Below, piece after piece: positions 39,801-49,340 of a stretch of DNA of 64,000 bases (the stretch's first letter is position 1; every line of letters begins with the position of its first letter). The stretch is from NCBI GenBank assembly GCA_000708835.1, contig DF236983.1, forward strand, positions 124,001 to 188,000, read 5' to 3'. The translations under genes were made by a program, and so were the position numbers. Under the pieces are notes generated by a model. That model worked only from the letters and a program-made list of their open reading frames with translations, had not been told where the DNA came from and did not search any database. Origin of the DNA: Klebsormidium nitens (Eukaryota > Plantae > Klebsormidiophyceae).

Positions 39801-42800
39801 TCGGCACGTGATGCTCAACCACTCGTCTTTGGGATGCAGAACCAGAGGAAGTGAAATCACAGTCTATACAGAATGGTACAGACACTGTAACCCACTTGTG
39901 TCGAATCCATTGAGCGAAGATACATGCAGGGTTGGAAATGCAATCTGCTTGGCAACAGCAAACATCGGTACGCCTGCCAGAGCTGCCAGAGCGTACAATT
40001 ATACATTTTAGGAACGGTCTTTTGAAGCTTTCCCTCCTCAATAACCCTGAAAAAACATCTTTCGGCTACACCGAGCTCCGCTGCCATGTGCCATCGTCGA
40101 GTACACCAGAATCTATCGAATTCTGAATGGCCTGTATTTCAGCATTTTATCGAGCGACCAGTGTTTAGAATCGGGGTTACGTTGCTCTCACCTTTGATGA
40201 GCTGCTTCAGGGGGGCATTGCGGAAGAGGAAGGACACTGCCTCAGCTGCGAAGTCCCGGACGTAGTCCCGCCGGTGGTAGCGGATCAGCCGGGTGTATCT
40301 GCAAGAGGAAAGAGCTTAACGATTGAGTCATTGCGAACCTGCACGATACGTGAAAGGGACAGCCTCCCTTCTAGGAGTCGTTTGAGAAAAGGGAAGGCTT
40401 ATTGAATTGTTTGAGAAAAGGGAAGGCTTATTGAGAATCCATACATCTCTTCCGAGTGGCCTAACGAACAGCATTTTGCAAGCGGCAGCAATTTTTTGTG
40501 GACGTGACCCAGGAGTTGGGCCGAGAAAGCTAGATGTAGCGACACCCTGTGCAAACATGTGCCAACCCAGTCCTGCGTTTCGAGTTCACCAACTGCAGCC
40601 CTCCGCTGACAGAAGCGGAAAGTCATATCAGAATTAGCCTCTGGAAAGCTTTTGGAGTTGTTGATAGACTCTTTGGAGGAAACTGAAGAGACATTTGGAC
40701 GAACGGAAAGGAATAACAGCTAGACTTTTCTGGATATCATACCATTCCGCTGCATCTTCCCACTGGCATGAAAGACGGGAAACAAGAAATCAGGTCAGAC
40801 CCTCACTTGAGCGCCTGCGTGAGGTCTTTTGCGAGGTACTTGACGAGGTGCTTGAAGACGTACGACACGGACGTGAAGATCTGCTCCAGGACGTCCGGCT
40901 CGCGGTCCGCGCCGCCCTCCAGCAGCCGCAGGCACGCGCCCAGGAACGGGGCCACGAACGGGAGGAAGTCCTCGCGGAGGTCGCGCGAGAGGACGGCGAT
41001 CAGGCTGCGGAGGACAACGAGTGTGCTCTAAGACTCTGCTTTAGAATTTCAGTTTTTCACGGTTGAAATGTTTGACAACATTACTGCTCAGAATCGGAGG
41101 CCGACGTAGGGCAGAAAATGAAGTCGGTAGATGTGAAAGAACAGGGTGGTTTTTGCAAGAAGGAGGGTGTTAGCTTTTAGCTATTCAAGTGTCGAGGACA
41201 AAAGGGGTAGTAACTTTCAGCCAGACGGCCTGAAAACGGGCTGAAGACGATCGATTGCTCTTGCAAGGATTGCCGACGGGAAAACCCAACATTAACAAAG
41301 GAAAACCGATGCAGCAGGTTTGCGCTTTAGCTTTTGCAATCTGGACACTTCGTTGACACCTCATGAGAGAGAAACAAAACCTGGCCGACTCTGAGTAACG
41401 ACGTTAAGAGAGGTCTGACAGAAAATCGTCCGAAAAAGCGACACCGGCACAACAGCCTCGCTACGTTTTCGACCTCCAACTGCTGACAGTGCGCATCAGA
41501 GAGATTCCCAATGAAGATTTTTCGTCCGCAGTCTCCATAAGGAGTCGGATGTCCCTATCTTCGTTTCATCACTTGCGCACTGTCGCCTCTCATGAGTTCT
41601 TTCACGAGAATTGCTCGAGAACCTGAGAATCTCCCAAAAGGCTCCAACGATCCAAATTTGAAAAGTGAACATACGACTCCGAATCCTGCTGAAACAACAT
41701 CTGCATCTGTAGAACAAGCCTGCCAAGTCAGAACCAACCTCAGAGTCAAGAACAGATAGTGTGATTTGCTATACTGGCCCGTTCCTCTGGCCAAGAGCTG
41801 ATTCCGGCACCGATCTCCAAAGCAACAACCCGGCAGATGCAGTGTTCACAGTTCTGTGACCCCCCTTCGCTAACCCGTTTGCTGAAGATCTTCTCCACCT
41901 GAAAATATCCTCACGTTGAAAGTTCACTCAGCCCTGCCGGTAATCCTGTTACCCCTGAGTGCGCCAGCCCCAAAACAGTTCCGACTCAGAAATTGTCGAT
42001 CCTAGGAATCCGAACCACTTGGAAGCAGGAGCATCCACAAGTATCATTACTACACAGATCGCTGCGGGGCTCCCAGACTGCTTCCTACACTGACCTGCAG
42101 GGCAGGCTTTTGTTGAAATCATACCTGCTTTGCTTCTCTCAGGAGCTGCGACAAATGCAAGCTTGCTATTTCCAACCAGATTTTGCAAGACTCTCCGGAC
42201 TGACTGACCTCAGGACGGGCTCCAAAGAGAGGAGCGCTCCAATGTGCATCCTGGCGAGCAGGGCTCGAACGACCGTCTTCTTGTGCAGCAGCAGCTGCGG
42301 CAGGCTCTGCACCAGCGGGTACACCTCGCCATACAGCAGGTTGAAGTCGGCCGCAGTGTTGAGCTCCTGCAGAATGGGACAATAAAACCGTGTGCATTCT
42401 GTCAACTTGGGTGTCTGTTGTAAGAGGAAGACCCCCAGATCTAAGAGTTGAATGACTTGATATTGAGAGGGGGGCCAGGGGTGGCGGAGCATATGATAGA
42501 ATCTTGCATATATATATGCACCCACTCAGAGACAGGAAGAAGCACGTTGTAAAGCCAGCTCGAGCTCCTTCTCAATCGGTGTCAAACGACTGCTGTCCAC
42601 CAGCTAAGCCTGTCACTCTCTCAAAACTTAGATCCTAACAACACTCTGAACCCAGTCTGTGCGCTGCATGAAAATTTCCTTCGGCAGTGAATCACTTTTA
42701 CACCACCACCACCAATATCCACAATACGAGTAAGTCATTTTTAGGAACTTGAATTTCCCCTGAACGCTTCTGATCACCAGGTGATCAGACTGTTCGCATC

Positions 42801-43676
42801 GCCGCTTCTACATATTCAGTGTGTATGTGTAACTAGGTTGGGCACATATGTCCTGCCACTCACCCTCCATTGCAGCAGATTCTCTTGGAAGAACGATGTC
42901 CCGGCGGTCGGTTCAAACTTGACGGGCGCAAGGCTCCGGAACACATCGACGTCGACGCTGGCGACCCGCTGGGCAAAGCTCTTGAACTGCACGAGCGGGG
43001 GCAATCGTCTGAGAAGCGACGACAGAAACTTGTACGATGGAGTCCTTCTCTGGTCCTGAAGCAATCTTTGAAAACTAAGGTGGGAATTACAATTGAAAGC
43101 ATGAAAAGCCAGTGAGGTGGTATGGCCAATGACTGAAATAAGCTCAATAGGGAATGTAATCCTTGATGGTGGTAATATTAGAAACCAAAAGTTAGAGCAC
43201 AAATTTGCATGCTGCACTGTCCAACTGCATGATTCAACTTTACCAAGAAACTGAGGCTGATGGAATGCAACATCAGAAGTGCCCTGTCAAACAAAGAAAC
43301 TTCCATGTAGGTATGGTTGAAACCCGCAACGTTTGCGGGCAAAGCTACCACTGCCTCTGTGAACCTTGACAAGAAGAAGCAACCACCACCCTTCAATCAT
43401 AATAAGCCCTATCGACAAGGAACTTGGTGGTGTTGCAACATGGAATACTGTCAACACCACCAATTCGAGTCACTGCCACCACTACTTTCAAAAATCTCCA
43501 GCACCACCATTACCAAAATCTGCCTCACAGTTCCTTCAATCAACCAGTACAGCATGGTGCACCATCAACCGTGACCAATGCTGCGACAAAGTTGGTGGCA
43601 AGCTTACCACAAAGCGCTTCGTCCCTGGCCCGGAGTAGGACTTGTTGAGCGACTTGATTTGTCTTCCAGACGCCAT
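24876..43676 (-). CDS. UTP20: U3 snoRNA-associated protein 20 (SSU processome HEAT-repeat protein, DRIM domain), about 18 exons
   Basis: N-terminus MASGRQIKSLN...KRFV|FKSFAQRVASVDVDVFRSL...FFQENLLQWR|ELNTAADF. DRIM-region motifs include LTRGYQVHVLGYTLH, KMKETR and LAYEHPSGREAALEM. The basic C-terminal tail is ALVDPERVAKRKI...KKRKIEE. The large ORFs 38414..39796, 32107..35565, 30527..31411, 28550..30094 and 25992..26621 are exons. Confidence 0.93.
26967..27060 (-). ncRNA. Intronic box C/D snoRNA, copy 1 (dual guide for LSU rRNA; U79/U74-snR64-equivalent sites, plant snoR44-like)
   Basis: Minus strand reads GGAGCACA a GTGATGA...AGATAGGGACAT CCGA...TGGAGA...CATTGGGAATCTCT CTGA TGTGCTCC. It has boxes C, D', C'-like and D, an 8-bp terminal stem, and two guides antisense to the conserved LSU segment GAGAUUCCCACUGUCCCUAUCU. 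Confidence 0.9.
27127..27155. repeat. Short tandem repeat, about 3.5 copies of CAGCTAAT
   Basis: cagctaatcagctaatcaactaatcagct, read directly in the UTP20 intron. Confidence 0.7.
27577..27667 (-). ncRNA. Intronic box C/D snoRNA, copy 2
   Basis: Same boxes and identical guides as copy 1. Terminal stem GTGCGCA/TGCGCAC. Lies in the same UTP20 intron (about 26640-27998) as copy 1. Confidence 0.9.
40380..40434. repeat. Local tandem duplication (26-bp unit, 29-bp period) in a UTP20 intron
   Basis: gtttgagaaaagggaaggcttattga occurs twice. Confidence 0.9.
41487..41582 (-). ncRNA. Intronic box C/D snoRNA, copy 3
   Basis: Same boxes and identical guides. 9-bp terminal stem CAGTGCGCA/TGCGCACTG. Lies in UTP20 intron 3 (41005-42208). 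Confidence 0.92.
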
Positions 43677-44468
43677 CCTTGAGAAAGTTATAGCTCCTGA
43701 TGCAGCCAAAGAGCGGCCACAATCAACCTCCACCCATTGAGCAGTCTCTTCAAGCTTTCGTCCTGCGCACTTCAGATTTGAGCTTCTGCGTTCACCCCCC
43801 CATCAACTTCCACTTCAACTTCAAGCTGGGAGTGGCTGCATGAGATCAGTTTGGAGTCTGAGGCTTCTTAAAAGTTTAGAAGCCTGACATCGAGAGTCAA
43901 GGTCTGCCTGAGCATGTCCGGTAACGATTCTTCGTGTATGGGAACGGTTTGCGTCAGGACCTGGGCTACGTACCCATGACTCTGAGCTCATAGAGCTCTG
44001 CGATTGAGGTGAAGGCGGACGCAGTTTTGAAGAGAGGCTGGGGCGCTCGAGTGGCAGGTTGATTGGCGCCCGGCACAGTTGATAGGACCTTGTCGCTCTG
44101 CATGGGCGCTGGTTTAAGCTGCCATTCTTTGGCGAAGGTGCCTCTAGCACGTGTCTAGCACACGGTTGATTGCTTCGCTTGGAACAAGCACGGCAGTTCC
44201 TCGAGAGCGCTGGTCCAGTTGCTCCGCATGCAAGTTAAGCGTGTGATGTGACCCCTTGTGCTGCTGCTTATAGACGACGTGTGTGTAGCGGGAAAGATCT
44301 AGCCGGCGTTCATAGGTTGGAGCTTAGGTGCAACACAGACACTGTTTCATAGAGAGAGATCTGCACTTACCGAGGGGCGGGCTGATTGTTTGCGCAAATA
44401 TTAGAGATTTTTGGTCGTTACCAGCAGTGGTCAGCAGCGGAAACAAGGGTCATTCAGCTCAGCCAGCT

Positions 44469-45546
44469 ATGTCTGGGGTGGATCACGGGCGGGAGCCTTG
44501 CCCCGACCGGATCTTGGATGACATCGGCGGTGCGTTTTCCATGGGTGCCATCGGGGGCTCAGCATGGCATTTTATCAAGGGAATGAAGAACTCGCCCAAG
44601 GGGGAGCGCTTCCTTGGCGGGACTCAGGCGGTGCGGCTGAACGCGCCCCGGATAGGCGGGAGCTTTGCGGTGTGGGGGGGGCTATTCTCTACTTTCGATT
44701 GCTCGATGATCTACCTCAGGTAATCGGACTTTCCTCTGTTCGCTGTCGTAATAAAACCCTACTCTTCAGTCAGGGGGCTTTGGCTGAGAAGGTCCCTGTA
44801 GTTTTTCCCCCCCTCGCGCGAAGATTTGTTTCAAGCAATTCTTTGCACACCTCCGTTTGAGCGGCGACTTGCTGTATCGTGACAACATCATGCAGGTGAA
44901 TCCGACAGTGTGGTGTCTAGCACTCCGATAGTGTGATATAGCACTAGCGATGCGCTATCTCCGTCCGTTGAGGCGGATGCTTTTTGCAAATAGTTCTCTG
45001 TCTCGGAGCTATCCCAATGTTCTGGGCCTTACCCTTTCTGATTTGTGCAGGGGTAAAGAGGATCCATGGAACAGCATTGCAGCCGGAGCAGCAACTGGTG
45101 GGTTCCTGACACTGAGACAGGGGATGAGGGCCAGTGCCAAAAGCGCAGCTTTCGGGGGCGTCCTTCTGGCCCTGATCGAGGGGGCAGGGATCATGTTGAA
45201 CCGCATGACGGCGAACATGGCGCAGCCTCCGCCTGAGCCTCAGCTAGCTGGCGTGGGGGGCCCAGCCATTCCCGGGGGCTATAGAGCACCCGCCACTACT
45301 TACCAGCCCGCCGCAGCAACCCCGTCCTACTACCAGACCACCCCCAGCCCTGCCCAGCCCTATCAAGGTCAAACTCAGACACCCCCCTCAGCCGCCGGTC
45401 CGGAGCAGAGCACGGGGTCTTGGTTCGGGGGCTTGTTTGGAGGTAGTGCAAAGAAGGAGACGGAGGAGAAGAGCCCGTTCAGCTTTGACACGGCGCCGCC
45501 ACCCATGCCGCCAGAGTTTGCGGGAGATGATAGCAGATTTAAGTAA
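44469..45546 (+). CDS. TIM17: Mitochondrial inner-membrane translocase subunit TIM17, about 248 aa; exons 44469-44719, 45051-45546
   Basis: [47 protein letters not shown] and R|[19 protein letters not shown], followed by a Pro/Gln-rich C-terminal extension. Confidence 0.96.
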
Positions 45547-45818
45547 GTGATCTGAGGCATGGATATTGAGATGCCAAGTAGACGGGGCAGTGCCGAGGGC
45601 CTTGCAACGTACGAGATACTCTTGAAGCATGAGTGCACGAGGTAATGTAGTCGCTTGCTTGGGGCTCTGGCTGACGATGAATATCCACTTTTGGCATGTG
45701 CTGTTGCTAAACCGAGGGCATCTTTAGCATCGACCTTTCCGAACGCGGAAAGTGGTGGATTATGAAGTACTGGTCTGGTTGTTGAGTCGTGCTTGGTCTG
45801 TCTGTGCTATCATCACTT

Positions 45819-45871
45819 GGCAAGCAAAACATTGACGGCTTTTTCAGGCAAGCAGAACATTGACGGCTTTT
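45819..45871. repeat. Local tandem duplication (about 25-bp unit) downstream of TIM17
   Basis: ggcaagcaaaacattgacggctttt and ggcaagcagaacattgacggctttt differ at one position. Confidence 0.85.
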
Positions 45872-46874
45872 AAATGCACATCCGACTACTATCACCATCT
45901 TCTTTTCATTCGGATACTAGGTTTCATATGGACGAGTTGTGACATGCTAGGCGTGTCTTCATGATTTGATAGTCTTGAATGTGAGTGCATTGACTTGGAG
46001 AACTTTAAATGCCCTACTTGGCAAAATGTTTTTGTGTTGCCACGCGCTGGCCATGCTTCGCTCGAAGTCCTCCAGCGCATGTGGTACGGTACACAAGACT
46101 GTGCTCATTATAGAACCTTTTCTGTCTTGTTGTGACGAAGACATCTTGATTCTACGATCCTGACCCGAAGCATTGACACAGCTAGATAAGCATGAAAAGA
46201 TACCAAAGATAGTCGAAACAATGCCAGCATGCATACTTAGGGACCGTCACCAGAGAGTGTAGACCCATTCAGTTCTAATGGACATGGAACATGATACCTA
46301 TGCGTACGCGCTCGTCCTGTGACTCACTGAACATTGTGCAAGAAGAGCAAATACAAAGTGCATGGTGGACAATACGAACAAGCTTCTCCCTGCCTGCTCG
46401 CTGCCTCGAAAAAGGGAATTTTTCTTTGGCGCTCATGCATTCATGAGCGCAGCTCACTAATCAGATCACATGTCAGGGTTTCTTCAAACAAGGCCTGGTC
46501 TTGGCGACGTTCTTGTGACACTTCTCCTACAATTCGTGCCTATCGCCCGGCCAGGTTGTCAGTTAGTGTCCAAACTAGGCGCTCTAAAAACTCACGCCGC
46601 GCCAACCCGAGCTGACTCTTGCCAGAGCTCGCTTCAAGGTGCGAGAGACAGACTGTTCTGCAAGCCGTTCTGCAAGCATTCCAGTTAGTGTTCAATCTAG
46701 GTAAGCTGCACCAAGCAGAAAGCAAGTCGCTATTGGGGCCAGCCACAGGTGCACTGTGTAGAGCTTGGGCGGCCATATTTGACGGCAGGCACCATTGTAC
46801 GGGGTAAGATCCTGGAATATTGCACGGGGTAAGATTCGGGAATTTGGCCCAAGAAGGTGAAACAGCTTTACACG

Positions 46875-47998
46875 ATGGGGGCCGCCCAGAAGCTGATGGG
46901 GACGGCGGCGCAGCAAGCAAAGCGGGCGGAGATTAGCCTTATCAAGGAGATTGGGTATGGCTTGTTAATCGGTATTGCGTGTAAGTTTGCGGCAATCATA
47001 CGCTCTTCCCTGCATTCCTCGTCAGATTTGCACCGCGCCGACTTTATCAGAGCTCAATGATTCCCTCGTTTTGCCTTGTTTGTTTGAGTGTTTGATCGGG
47101 GTACAAAGTGAAGTCGGACTGGAAGTCGGTTTTATCAGCTGCACCAAGCGGCTAATTCAAAAAGACACGGTGACACGTCGCAGTAGAGTATATCTGGGTT
47201 CGCTCAGTCCGCTATGGACGATTACTTGGAAGCAGACTTGATTTTCGTGTTAGTGTGAGGAGTAGTTTCCTCAGTTGCAATTCAGGAGGGCATTGCCATT
47301 GCGCAAAGTAGGTCAGTACACCCACATCATGCAACTTAGCCAATTGATCTTTGAGGCAGTTTCGAATGCACCTTACTGGAATCGCCAAGTGTGGATGGAA
47401 CAAGGATTGGAGAGATCCAGAAATGGATCCAGCGGGAGTTGGAAAGATTAGGGTTTGCTGAAGGGAGACTTTTAGAGCCCGGTGGATTTTGAGTAGGATC
47501 GTCTGGTTCTAATAATTTGGAGGTCATTCTCTAGAAGCAGGCTCAATCACAAGTTCTTGAAAGCTTGGGTAGTATGAGGTGGTCAAGGTGTCCGAAGGAA
47601 GCTTAGAACCGCAGATGCTAGATAAGTCCATCACATTTTAGATTAGTGCTTGCGTATGTCATTGCTTCATTCTACAGGTTTGCAGGTTACATACTCTGTC
47701 TGCGATCCATTGGCCGCTGTCATGTAACAGCCTGCTAAGAGTTGAGCATGCCCGGCCCTTGTTAGTGGCACAATATTCCAGATTACAGTAGATGTCTTTT
47801 GTGTAATGCTATAAGATGCTGCAAGCTATACCTGTTGGTTACTTGCGCGGTCGCTTGGATATGAAAGGCTAACTGTCTCCATCTAATTCAGGTGGGGCCG
47901 TTTGGAAGGTGAATCACTGGAACGAGCGGAGAAAGGTCGAGGAGTTTTATGCAAACCTTGAGGCAGGCAAGATTACCACCGTGAAAGAGGAGTCATAG
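46875..47998 (+). CDS. COX5C: Cytochrome c oxidase subunit 5C, 70 aa; exons 46875-46980, 47892-47998
   Basis: Spliced product MGAAQKLMG...SLIKEIGYGLLIGIACGAVWKVNHWNERRKVEEFYANLEAGKITTVKEES matches the plant COX5C pattern (KE..G...G..WK..HWNE.RK...FY..LE.G.I). The ORF track misses exon 2. Confidence 0.9.
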
Positions 47999-49340
47999 CA
48001 GAGGTAAGAACCTTGCCCAAATAATATCCCCATATCCTTCATTATATAGCAGATGTGAGCATCACTAACGCAGCACAGATATGGTTCTATCTTGCAAACT
48101 TCCGCGGAGCTCGTATCTTGTCTCGTATGAAGTTTGACGAGCACGGCGGATTTGTTCGAGTCGAGTCGCTGCGCTATGCAACGGGTAACACAAACCTTCA
48201 AAAAGTATGGTTCTCTCACCATTTGTCAGTATGCAATATCTTGATCATTGATCTGGCATGTGCCTTGCAGATTACACATGGATTCAGATCAAGCCCCGTT
48301 TTATAGAGGAACTTCAGATGGCTTCTTTAGTGATAGAAGATGGAAGACGTATAACAGGTTGTGAGATGGTGATGACTCAGTTCGTCATAAGCACACAAAA
48401 AGGTGTGTTAGAAGTGCCGTCTGTGCTTCTACACAAACAAGCAAGCAAGTCCATCCTTTCAAGCTTTCCTTAAGTTGACAGTTGGGAAACAAATACGGGC
48501 GTTTCATCGGTCACTTGAGCCCCTGAGCTTTCCAAGCGTCCCGCTTTTCGGACCTACTACTCAGTGAGGTCAATGCAATCATGTCAAGTCCAATACTGAG
48601 CTGGAAGCCTAAGGAAGAGCAAAGCAGGATTGCAAACCAGCTCTTGGCATGGTCAGTCAAGTTCATGTGTGCTCTTATCAGGGCCATAGAAATCCTTAAA
48701 CATGCCCACATGCATGAAATGTAGCATGTGCAGTTGCACCTTTTCGCAGTCAGGTGCAGACATGATCATGCTCGCGTGATTTCGCCGCGCTGCCGCCAGC
48801 CGCCATAGCTGGCGTATAGCCTGTCCTGAGCTACATCTGAGTACTATGTACATGCCGCGATGTAAGATCACAACCAGTCGATTATCTTTATGCAGTTGCA
48901 AACATGTACTACTAATCCGGGCCTGCAAAAATTTATATGGTGCATGCATGCTAGATTGATCCAATTCATGCGACACCGTACATATCATTGCGGCACAGTA
49001 TTCAAGCTCTGCATGCTTCAAGGCAGACGACTGTTGTGTCTTAATCCTAGCTTTCTTCGCGCCATGAATCTGGCTGGCTGGACTGACCAGCAAGTTGCAT
49101 CCGATGCATCCGATAATCATGTGCCAATCGTGTAAGCTGGGACTGCCACGTAGTAAATAATATGCATATAATCTTAAGCTGGTCGCATCTGGTAATATTA
49201 TTTTGACGGTTTATTGACAACGATGCCATGATGCATATGTATGTTTGCTGAACTCTACGGCTCTTGAAGTGCCGGTGATCATGAGTAATATATCCAACAC
49301 GTACGCAGTCGTGAGTGTTGTTGAAGCGCCTTCTACAGGT

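Noticed and set aside
26967-41582. The three ~90-bp repeats as a CRISPR array, SINE or MITE
   Set aside because: They are not regularly spaced and have no spacers, target-site duplications, poly(A) tail or pol III boxes. The C/D boxes and rRNA guides explain the conservation.
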